From NCBI GenBank assembly GCA_053919585.1, contig CM132796.1: DNA of 64,000 nucleotides. One strand, written 5' to 3'. Below, piece after piece: positions 53,019 through 64,000 of the stretch. Each line of letters begins with the position of its first letter. Positions within the stretch are counted from its first letter, which is position 1. A program made the position numbers and the translations under genes. The notes beneath the pieces were generated by a model that saw nothing but the letters and a program-made list of their open reading frames with translations, ran no database searches and was not told the origin of the DNA. The stretch comes from Euprymna scolopes (lineage: Eukaryota).

Positions 53019-54559
53019 TTTGGTTTTGGTGACCCCAAATTCGAAGCTATCTCTTTACAACTCGTCCTTTGATAACCTATCATACTTTCATAAATCAGAG
53101 TCCATTTTCTGTAGACTGTTTTTGAACCCAGTCAACGACGTGTACTTTTGCTCGTATTGGCACATATGCATACATAACTGTAATATAGATGTTGGCATAT
53201 ATGAAAAATAGGATCCTTTATATTTTGCTCCCTACATTTTATTTAATAAATAAAACTGATAAAGTCGGTAGTCTAAAAATGCGACTCACAGTAAAGTTAA
53301 TTTAAACTCTATTTTAGAATGTTAAATCATAAAATATTACACGGCATTTGAGTAGTTGTTCACAGCACAAGCGGAAATAAAATTAACAGTAAATTGTGTT
53401 CTAAAACAGCACGGTTTTCGAAGCAAGCGTTTAATGTTTGAACACAACTTAAACATGAATCTCTACTTTTGTCAGCTTAACATTTATTCAACTTATCCTG
53501 TAAAAAAATATGAGAGCAACAGTGATAATACAGGAACGCAGTCATGTTAGTGTTTAAATCACAATTGAACTCAATTGAACATTTGATATGGATTTTGATT
53601 TTTAAGTGAATCCGTAGTTTACATATAATTTCATAACATCATAACATCACCAGTAGCTTCTCTACAGTAGAATATATACTACAATGAACTGCTGATTAAA
53701 CCACTGCGGGAAGCTACAGAAATATTCTTAATTTTACACGGCGAGTGAGGCTCTTACTAGATCTTACAATCTAGCGATTTTATTTGGAAATTATCGGTTT
53801 CGTTTATTTCGATCACAATAACAGTATGAGATTTGGAATTATTTTTTATCTTCATTCACCTACGGACAACTTAATGTCTTATTGAGTGTATACCTATATA
53901 GTGGACTTTTCCTCGTACTGAAATTGATATTAAAAGCTTATTTTTTCTACTTAATGTTATTCATACAAGAATAAAAATAAAAATAACCAAATTTCTCAAG
54001 AAAACTTTGTAAAATGTAGTTTTTTTTTTTTAAATTGTGTCGCAAGGTTTGTTTTTTTTTAAATTGTGTCGCAAGGTTAAAAAAAAAGTCTGTGGGGGGG
54101 AAGGTGTTCCGGGAACTGTCAACTTGTTTTATTAGCTTAACAACACTACTTTATTCACTCTATGGACCTAAACTAATGGTTTCTCCTAAGATGACACGAC
54201 AGTAAATACAATTGTGTACTAAATATACAATTCGTTTAATATGATCAGATGTGAAAAAATAAGATTGATACGATGATAGGCGTAATGATTTTCTAAAACA
54301 CATGCGGACGTTTAAAATATGAAATCAAATAGTGATGAGAAGGCGACTTATTCTCACATCTGATGGGGAACGAAAAAAACAGTAACTTTAATAGGATACG
54401 CCAAGAATTCACTGAGGGTTTAGCATGTAAAATATGCAGCATCTTAACACTGTGAACCTAAAGGATTGATGACCATACCAATTCTGATTAGTTTGCTACT
54501 CAGGTATTCAGTGTTTCTAACGAATCTTTAGATCATGCAACATTTCGATTGTTTAATAT

Positions 54560-56490
54560 AACGTCGACTTTGTGTCAAATTCCATAGAGAGCAGCCCTTC
54601 CACTTCGAACGCTGTATCCGCTCCCATAGCAAGTCTTAAGCTGCCCCCTTCAGTAATTCTCGATAAAATGCCTTTCTAGGCCAGCCGAGGTTCATCAACC
54701 CCTGCATCACTCTAATATCATCTTGGTATTATTTTATGGACTTTGGATGATCCCTGGATCTATGTCGGCATTCGACCAAATGATTAGGGATAATGTTGAG
54801 AAAGGTGTTACTTACTGCAGTACACCAGGCTGCATTCTCAATCAAAATACTACTCTGAAACGTCAAGTTTTCGTGATGTTTATGACCTGTCAATTCTTGC
54901 ATCCACAAGCCGTTATCAAATGGATGTTTAGTACAGATATGTCTTCAAACAAAAGTATTCTGCTCATTCCACAAAAGGAAAAAAAAACACAGACGCGGTA
55001 AAGCCGCCATTCGGGCAGAAAGCAGGTGAATTGCAGCCAGTTGATAAAGGACCGTAAGAAATGAACCTCCCATCTACGATTAATGGAAAAAGCACCTACG
55101 AAGCCAAATCCTCAAAAAACGATTCGAACTTTACTTGTAAATTCAACCAATATTTTGCGGGCCGGAGACTCGGTCCAAACAAAACGTTTAGATTCTGATA
55201 TGAGTCATCTGTCCGGCAAAACCTCTCTGGTATGACAACGGATCAGTTGAAGGCGGTCAGCTTCTAGCCGACTGATTCACTAGGTGTTGACCACGTATCC
55301 TTTGACTTCGTGATAGTGTTTGAGTTCCTTAATTAGCGTGATAATGCTATGCAAGTTCGACAGGCACACGGTACCATCATCGGCAAAGGCGGTTCTCCGA
55401 TTCGCGCACAACTAGGTTGAGCAAAACTGAGCAGGGCTAATCCAGTTGCCCCAATCATCAGACTGCGTAAGAATCGTTCTCTAGCAAAGATATAAATGCA
55501 AGGGCGACAACGGGAAACGCAGATGCACCGACTGTAAATCAGTGAACAGCGCCAACCACATCCTGCTGATATGCACAATTGCTGTTGGTCGAGCATATGA
55601 ATGGAGATTCATCTGCAAAATCCAAACCAAAACTAGCGGTCTAGTACACAGACCTATGGAAAGGATGATCCTTAGTCAAGTGCCTTTATACTGATCAAAA
55701 AAATTTATCGCAGCCCCAGTGTCCTCTTCTAACCTCTATATTTTCATGCAGATAAAGTTCGTTTTTAATCGATATGTCCTTTACAGCTTAATCAGATCCG
55801 GGTCGATGAAGTCCGTTATAACAACCTGCAAACGACTGCCATGAATTCTGGCCCAAATTCTCAAATATGTACATAACAGTGTGCTGAGCCTACATTAAAC
55901 AAACCCCATTACATACTCGTCCTTTATCTTTAGTAGTGTGACCACGCCCTCAGGAACCTAATTCAAAATAGATCCTGTGTCATACTAGAGGTTAAAGACA
56001 CCTGGATTTTATTCTTTGGGCATCCTCATATACTGTTCGTAGAGTAGATCATCAAGTAGTGGTGATCTATTGTGACCGAGCTGCTTCATTGCAACAACTA
56101 CCTCACACTCCGCAACATGGCCATAACAATTAGCTACTCGAACCGCCTAAAAAGGAAGCGAATCAGTGTCAGAGGTTCCGACCACCTGGAGTCTTGACAA
56201 ATGCAGCGAACGATCTTCGATATGCCCACGAAACTGATCTCAAATATCCCGTGAAAACACCATTGAGTGCTCTTCCAGGAACTGAATATTGAAAATGTAG
56301 CAATCCAATTAGTATGTATTATCATAGGTAATAATCCAAGTGAGTCTCTACGCTCTGAAGCGTCCAACTCCACAGAGTCGGTGCGTAATTTACCAGTCCT
56401 AGCTCCAACTAGTTGTCTCTAATACCATTACTTAGCCGTTTGGTGCATCTCTACGCCATCAACATTTCCACGATCCGAGAGAGATTTTCC
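54560..56490 (-). mobile_element. Decayed L1/Tx1-like non-LTR retrotransposon ORF2
   Basis: RSPLLDDLLYEQY (cf. KSPGLDGLPYE), GVVTLL, LQVVITDFIDPD and a DQYKALD-like motif (cf. LDQSKAFDRVDH). Confidence 0.65.
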
Positions 56491-56494
56491 CTCA

Positions 56495-56496
<2 letters not shown>

Positions 56497-56555
<59 letters not shown>

Positions 56556-56616
56556 GTATGTGTATGTATGTATGCCTGCCTGTATGTGGGTATAGATAGG
56601 TTTATACGTGTATGTA

Positions 56617-56684
<68 letters not shown>

Positions 56685-56904
56685 CGTACATGTATAGGGG
56701 TATGTATTCATGGGTCGTGTATATATGCATGGGTGCATATTTGTCTTGGCCATTTTTATACGTACTTATAAGTAAGTGCGTTAATAATAACAATGTTATC
56801 ACTTACCATTCACTTATCTTTCATCATTTACACATTTATCTGTATAGGTATCCAACTATCTTCCACTAACGTAATAATAGCTACTAACATCTCCACATGT
56901 ATAA

Positions 56905-56954
<50 letters not shown>

Positions 56955-57092
56955 GTGTATATATATATATACGTATATATATATGTATATGTATTGGTGT
57001 CTGTATGTATATATGTATGCATTTGTAAAGGAGGTCTTAAAATACTACTATCATAAACGCACTTACTTATATATATATATATATATATATAT
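56497..57092. repeat. Compound (TA)n/(TATG)n microsatellite field
   Basis: Direct observation. Confidence 0.9.
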
Positions 57093-57129
57093 CAGAAATA
57101 TAAATATACAGAGTAAGAGTTATTAATAA

Positions 57130-57349
57130 GGCTATAGGCTTTAATATTCATCATCAGATTGTGCTATATTCCTAGTTATATGGTTAGTATGATATTTAAG
57201 ATTTAAAATGGGGTTGGACCGAAGTAGGGGGCGTGAAGTTTTAAGGTTAAAAGTTAAGAAGGTGGTGGTTAAGTTATAATGAGGCAGGGGTTGTTTAGTT
57301 TCATTAGGATTAGATATAGAAGGAGCGTGTGCCTAAGATGGTGTTTTGG

Positions 57350-57404
<55 letters not shown>

Positions 57405-57960
57405 CCACTATATCCATAAAACTACTTAACGAATTATAATTGATACCTAAACCTATTTATATCTTTACTATATTTAATTTACATTTCTTCTTCTTCTTCT
57501 TCTTTTTCCTCTTCTTATAATTTCTATTATTTTTATTTTATTTCCATCTATATAATCATTTACAATTTATACGGTATGACCATATGTATACAGTTTTATA
57601 TCTGCATTACCTGTGCTTTGTGGGCGTATAGGTGTATGTGCACACTTATTCCAATATCTAACCCTAGCAACTCTGTTACAGCTGGCTCCTAATATCGATG
57701 CCCCAACCAGCGCCTTAAACCATGTAATAACCCCCAACACAATATTCTAGGATCCCACCCCATTTATCTCTTTCTTTATGTAAGACTACCTAAACTTTAC
57801 GACATATGAGCTATTATGACTTACCCCTACGTAATGAACCCTTATGTTCGAACAACTACATAGAAACTCCCAAATAGTAAACCAACCATACTTATGGGAA
57901 CATATTTTATCATTCATCTACCTTACCTCGCCTAATTAATTATACCAATTTATATATCCT
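57130..57960. mobile_element. Penelope-like fragments in both orientations
   Basis: Minus-strand ctgatgatgaatatt terminal motif (~57143-57157) and a plus-strand AGS..APTSAL / SFM*DYL RT-like segment. Confidence 0.35.
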
Positions 57961-57987
57961 TCTTTTATGTTATTTATGTATTATAGG

Positions 57988-58044
<57 letters not shown>

Positions 58045-58218
58045 ACATGAGTGCATGTATATGTGCATATGTTTATATATGCATATGTATATGTTTATAT
58101 ATGTGTGTTTATGTGTTTATGTATGTGTTTATATATATTTATATATATATACATAACATTCTTGTGTTTCATGTTGCCTGTATTTATGCGATTACTTAGC
58201 GAATATCATCCCATTTNN

Positions 58219-58348
58219 NNNNNNNNNNNNNNNNNNNNNNNNNNNNNNNNNNNNNNNNNNNNNNNNNNNNNNNNNNNNNNNNNNNNNNNNNNNNNNNNNN
58301 NNNNNNNNNNNNNNNNNNNNNNNNNNNNNNNNNNNNNNNNNNNNNNNN
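58219..58348 (+). other. Putative masked exon (N 58217-58349)
   Basis: catcccattt[ag] acceptor and [g]tctat donor. Confidence 0.4.
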
Positions 58349-58960
58349 NTCTATTTATTCAATCCATATCTTACAAGTTTAATTCACTGTAATTCACTAA
58401 CTTAATTTCTTAAAGACCTTTAATAGTCAATGAATTTAAATAGATAAATGAATTTAGAAGACGCATCTTAGTTACTGCAAACAACGCCCCCTCCCAATCG
58501 GCATATACATTTAACATGTCAAAACCCATATTACATATGCGACATCTAAACGCGAGAGTCCGGAGAATCCTCTTGAATTGCTTCCTTATGTCCCTCTTCA
58601 TTTCAGTATTTATTCTTATCTTTATATTTCCCCCATCTCCGCTTCCAAAACGCAATCCACCCTATGCCTCATCTCACTTTTTTCTATCTCTCCATCAATC
58701 TATCGAACCCTTCCATATATTCCGGTCCGTGTCTGATTGAACAGCTTATACCCTCCCAACCACTAACACGTTTATTACATCTTAAAACTTAAAATTGAAT
58801 TCTCCCCCCTCCTTTCCTTACTCCTCTCTCTCTCTTTCTATCTTCCCCTTCCTATATTCCTTTCCATGAATTTCTTATCGATCTCCAACACATTTTCTTC
58901 CTTTTCTTTCGCCTCTTTTTCTGTGCTACTTCTAATATCATTTATTTCAACTATAATAAA

Positions 58961-59040
58961 TATTACTGTAATGTTTGATGAAGTTACTGGTTCGTTGATA
59001 CGATGCGGTAACCGAAACATTTGTAACTAAGCAGAAAATA
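58961..59040 (+). ncRNA. Degenerate type I (minimal) hammerhead ribozyme, Penelope-associated
   Basis: (t)TGATGA core, 7-bp stem II gttactg/cggtaac, GAAA, 1-bp stem III c-attt-g and a GUA cleavage triplet. C3 is mutated and stem I is imperfect. Confidence 0.55.
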
Positions 59041-59099
59041 TATTTGATCTGCAATAGTATTGAGCACTTTCTTCAGGTTTTTACTAATTACCAGTGTTG

Positions 59100-59172
<73 letters not shown>

Positions 59173-59499
59173 ACACCCATATTTGTACAAAACTCTTTGT
59201 ATGCATATATGTTCGTGTGGGTGTATGTGTAATAAAAATATGTGGGTGGTTATCGATTGCGGGCTGATATATAATCATTTCCACAATCGAATATTCATTA
59301 AGTATACTGACCGGATGTTCTTGATTCCAGATTTGCGTCTGGCTCTTTTATGTTAAATGTCGCTCCTGGATGGTTTGCTTACCTTTTTAGTCACTAAATT
59401 TTCTTATTAGTTTTCTGTTTATTGCTGGTTGTTTAGAAATAAGAGTGTCTGGGCAAGATCACTCCGACCAGCAATAATTATCAGTTTGTATACCGATAG

Positions 59500-59680
59500 T
59501 TTTGTGATCACCACTTATCAAGGCCCGGAAGCCACTGAGGGATAAGGGTTATTGCAAGTACATTACGTTAGTGTGGAGATTTGATGAAGTGTTTACTTAA
59601 GGGGGTGGTTCATTAGGAATTTGTTAGCATTGAACTTGAAGACATCCAAGTTGTAGTCCGGTGGGAAGCAGGCAGATGGA
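59500..59680 (-). mobile_element. ~180-bp 3' tip of the CR1-group LINE
   Basis: Near-identical to 15221-15395. Confidence 0.9.
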
Positions 59681-60529
59681 TTCATTATTTTTGTAAACAT
59701 TATAAATCTAGCGAAATATTATACATTAAATCTAGTCTTGTTCGAGTAATTAATGGCATAAAAGCAGTACACTTTATCGCTAATACAATATTTACTGTTC
59801 CCATTGTCGAATATTTGGGTATTTTGATTTTGTTTTACCGGCGATTTGGCAAAAGAAGTGATCAATATTTCTTCAATTCTTCTTACAATTTTTGGGACGT
59901 ACAGTTAAGATTATTACCTGCAGGATGAAGTGTGATTTTGTAATTGGTGTCAAATTGTAGTTATATGTAAAATCGTTTGTACATGTTTCATCTAGTCTAT
60001 TTATTTTTATATACTTAAATATTTGTCAATGCCAATGTAACGGTGACTACTCGTATAAATGTTATATTTGAATTAAGTCTACATCGTTAGAAGAAAGTTA
60101 AAGGTGTTACTAAATCAGACATATAAATCTCTGGAAAGATGACTAATTTTGTCGAATTTAATAGTGGAAACTTACTCACAATATGCCGACTTGGATTTCA
60201 GTAAACGATCAAACTTCGGATCAAATCAAAATTATTTTCCGAAATATGTAAGTTAATGAAGAACAGTTAGACGGTAAGTATACACTTGTGAAGAAAGTGT
60301 TTCTTACGATACGAATATCACCCATATCATTTCCCATTTCTCATTTCTCTGTTAATATATCTTAAGCAGTACATTAGATGATAAACTCGGAGAATAGGTG
60401 TTATGTAGCGACTATTCTCATAACCTAACATGTTTCGTGTTATGTTTGTAAGAAGAAACTATTATAACAATTATATACTTTTTGAATTATGTCTTTGATT
60501 ACAATCTAGAATGCCTCGCTTTTTAAGAC

Positions 60530-61450
60530 GGCGTCATTACTTATCAAGACAAGAAAGTAATTTGTGGTTAAAGGTAAATAAGTGGGCAATAGTCCTTATA
60601 ACGTACGTTTGATAATCGTTAATATTTAAAAGTTTGTATAAATTGATTATTTAAGAAAACGGTTCCTCTATAACTTGTTCATATGTGAATTAATGTCGAG
60701 ACAATATAGTCAGCTGGAAAACAAACAGAACAGAGACTAAGGGACAGCAGCTCTAGGAAATAACATAGAGGAAACGTTCATCTAAAACATCGAAAGCTAT
60801 ACCCGGCAGCCTAATGGTCTTGATATACTAAACGATAAAGAAGTGCATATGAAGCCTTATTACATTTTGTTTTCATCTTAACTCTTATCTCAACTGAGAC
60901 TTCCAAACCACTAAGGTATCTTTAAGTCAACGTGGTGAGGGAAATAAAGGATGAACACAATTTTGGGCAATTTGTAAACAATATGTATAATAGACTACAT
61001 ACTGACCATAAATGTAGTAAGCATTTGAGAAACTATGATAGAACCTGTTCTCACTATCAGTTTTGTTTGAGTGTCTCAGCCATTTAACCGTCTGTTAATT
61101 GAAGTCTCCACCGATTTGCATGTTATCCGAGGGATAAGCAGATTGGTGAGAGTAAATTTCATCTGAGCTGCTCTTAAATATAGTATCTATTTTGTTGTGG
61201 AGACGATAGACGGCAAATACGAACGGGATGGAATTTGCAAGGTCAATCCGGAATCACATTATACGAATTTTTGTGGTCAGCTCTTGAACGCCAACTCCAC
61301 TTAGACACATATGGCGTTCTTGTTGTTCAGGGTTTAATGTTGTTAGAGTACTATTTAATCAAGAACACATATAGGGGAAACAGTATTTAAAATAGCGGGG
61401 CAACATAAGAAAAATAGTTCTTACTTGGACTTGTGTAATTGGATTTTACC
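60530..61450 (-). mobile_element. Old internally deleted CR1-group LINE
   Basis: Decayed 3' tail at 60535-60580 and endonuclease motif GGDFN..WLRHSNKTD at about 61050-61115. Confidence 0.6.
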
Positions 61451-62982
61451 CTTTGAAAGATTGGAACATACATGTCTTACGATCGAGAAGGAGAATGGGC
61501 AATGGTGTCGACGATAGTAGTTGGAATGTTGAGATTAACTTTGTATTGTTTCTTGAAACTTTTAATATTAACATATTGGTATATGCGGAATACGTCGGCA
61601 GAGTCTGCTAGAGTTATGCAGACAGGGATATTAAAGAATTAAATAAAAAAACACCTATTTTTGCAGATCATGAAGAAAATAAATCTGAAAAATTGGCCAC
61701 TGATATGGTATCAAGAGGTACCACTATAAGCTATTAGCAGGTCTAAATCCCATACTCCAAATGTCAATACAGCAAACTCAGTAATTTGCACCTTCTGATA
61801 CTACGGCCTCTTTATGACTTTATCCAAGGTTCGGGCACCTGTCTATCAGCAGGATAACATCAGCCCAGTTAAAACGTTTACCTGCGCAATTCTTATGAGG
61901 GGCATGGGCACTCCGATAAACATAGAAAGAGAAAAATTATCAAATCTCTGACGACAAATATTTAGTTGAAAAAGTTTGCGTGTAAGCTGAATCTCTTCAC
62001 TGTTTCTCTGACTTTATTTGAATAGAAATGTCTACGGATTTAACTTAAAGTTAGTCGCTAGATAGTAGAGGAGGTTTCTCTTTGGGAGATTTGGTTAATT
62101 TATATTTAAAACAGAATGTATACCCGACTATTTAATCCATAAACATAATCGCCGATCACACTGCCAGTTGCATTATTTTTACTGTAAGTTTTCCAAATAC
62201 AATCAGTCTTGTAAAAAAGGCAGATAATAATTTGCTTCACTTTGCGCTCGATTAAAAATACTTGCCGATTAACCAACTCCATTTGTAGTTCTTATTATTT
62301 GTTGTCAATAATTTTCCATAAACAATGATTAACTTTTCTATATTCAATGTTATTTCTATTTACTTGAATACAAAAATCAAGAGAAAGGCATTTTTCTATG
62401 TGGGAAGTACAACTTCTTAAAACTGACGACCAATTTAAGTACAAATAAATCACTAGAAAATTGCACTATGTATCATCATTTACTAAACTGTAGGCTGTTC
62501 AATTCTAATGTAAGCTCATACCCCACGTAATAGCGTGTTTTATGTTTAGTAAATTTAAATACAAACAAATGATAAAATAATTACTCTTTTTGTTTAATTT
62601 GGCGAATTATCTGATTTTAGACTGCGAAAATATCGTAAAATAGTCTATGTATCGGTGATTAAGGCTGTGTTTTCTCTCCTGCAATATTATCTTTAACGCA
62701 GTTTAGTTTATCTTGATAAAAAATTAAACAATAGGAAATATTTTGTTTCTAGAAATATTTTCCATCAACTATGGAAATGCAATTGACTAGTTCATAGTCA
62801 TATACGAACATTTATATTATATAACATATTAAAATTTATATTATACAACATATTCCCCTCACACACACACATATATATATACATATATATATATATACAT
62901 ATATATAGTTACTAATCCAATACACCACTCGAGCAGTCCTTCGATCTACAATCATACAACTAGTAATAATGATAACAACAAC

Positions 62983-63034
<52 letters not shown>
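62983..63034. repeat. (AAT)n microsatellite
   Basis: Direct observation. Confidence 0.95.
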
Positions 63035-63035
<1 letters not shown>

Positions 63036-63049
63036 GGAGAATAATAATA

Positions 63050-63560
63050 TTTCTCCTAACAGCAATCCTAACACTAATAACACTCATTATCTCCTCCAAA
63101 ATAGTCCTCATACAGACATTGTCCCACCATTTGTTGAACATTATGAACAAAATTCAAACTATTTAACTAATACAAATCAGCAAATTAATATTTATACCAG
63201 ACCTCGAGCTTTTAATAAATTACATACATATATATGCGCTACTTCAACATTAATTAAGAAAAGAATATCAAACCACATTTCTTCTTTACACAACCATAAT
63301 TCTAATAATAACCAATGAACTTCTCTAACCACTTTAATTAAAAAACTTCACTCTAACAATATTCCCTTCTTAATCAAATGGACTATTATAAACAAAAAGT
63401 TAAGTCTTATACTCCAGGTTCTAAGTCATGTCGCCTCTGCACAACCGAAGCTATAACTATAATTACTTTCCCTTAAAGTAACAATATAATACATTCTAAA
63501 AATGAACTGATTTATTTCTGTAAACATAAGTCCAATTTTAATTATGGCAATTTTTAAATT
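63050..63560 (+). mobile_element. Penelope GIY-YIG endonuclease C-terminal remnant
   Basis: TSTLIKKRISNH and IKWTII..YTPGSKSCRLCTTE, the typical PLE W-I..Y..CxLCxxE tail. Confidence 0.7.
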
Positions 63561-63834
63561 ACGTAGTTATTACTTTTACCCTTTATAGAGATATAAATAT
63601 TTTCTTTAACTTTATCGTTTTTCGATGTACGTCTTAATATTTATAATTTAACAATCCTTAATTTTAATTCTTAATCTCTTCGCGTGACCGAATTTTATCT
63701 ACATTTTCTGTTTTATTCTTTACATTTTCCTATCTATCTAATATATCAATCTACTCACACCTTCATATCTTGTATGTATATTTACTTAAATGTTACTATA
63801 TGAATTTACTTACTATTTTTTCCTGACTTTGCAG

Positions 63835-63998
63835 ATACCGGCCATCCACNNNNNNNNNNNNNNNNNNNNNNNNNNNNNNNNNNNNNNNNNNNNNNNNNNN
63901 NNNNNNNNNNNNNNNNNNNNNNNNNNNNNNNNNNNNNNNNNNNNNNNNNNNNNNNNNNNNNNNNNNNNNNNNNNNNNNNNNNNNNNNNNNNNNNNNNC
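63835..63998 (+). other. Putative partly masked exon (N 63850-63997)
   Basis: Strong acceptor ttttttcctgactttgcag, 15 visible nt (ataccggccatccac), and GT at 63999. Confidence 0.6.
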
Positions 63999-64000
63999 GT

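Larger units (their letters stand above)
1724..63998 (+). other. Putative multi-exon host gene whose exons coincide with the N-runs; product unknown
   Basis: Twelve exon-sized N-runs. Most are preceded by a pyrimidine tract plus (partly masked) AG and followed by a (partly masked) GT on the + strand. Confidence 0.6.

Noticed and set aside
58410-58655. FRCRICNMGF zinc-finger-like peptide
   Set aside because: No His pair, no splice support, and it lies among Penelope-like debris.
56496-59356. Many YIYIYI, CVCV and IIII ORFs in the ORF track (also 6535, 22185, 24574, 27004, 62836)
   Set aside because: Translations of stop-free microsatellites, not genes.
4741-61450. Antisense orientation bias of LINEs relative to the inferred gene
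   Set aside because: About 5 minus versus 3 plus copies is too few to mean anything.
63835-63849. Visible exon start could read DTGHP, resembling a cadherin DxGxP motif
   Set aside because: Only five codons with unknown phase; insufficient to name the gene.
1-64000. CRISPR arrays, rRNA or tRNA genes, prokaryotic operons
   Set aside because: No regularly spaced repeat-spacer array or RNA gene was seen, and the content is eukaryotic TE-rich DNA.

Overview
AT-rich, microsatellite-dense genomic DNA from an invertebrate animal, not a prokaryote. No intact host coding sequence is visible. Twelve N-runs of 133-242 nt are mostly flanked by + strand splice acceptor and donor signals, so they look like hard-masked exons of one large multi-exon gene. 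If so, the visible sequence is largely intron filled with decayed transposons. These include about eight CR1-group LINE copies, two LTR retrotransposons of one unusual compact lineage (7477-11132 +, 12676-18620 -, the second with a nested LINE), a Gypsy/K02A2.6-like element, and R4/Dong-like, Tx1-like, Penelope (with hammerhead remnants), Tc1/mariner, Chapaev3 and Helitron-like remnants. The most striking observation is that both compact LTR elements lack the canonical TGG primer-binding site. Immediately after the 5' LTR they carry AGYTATTTCGGC, the reverse complement of nucleotides 1-12 (the 5' end) of metazoan tRNA-Phe. This suggests reverse transcription primed by a 5' tRNA fragment or by an internal tRNA position. 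All alignments and family assignments were made by eye.
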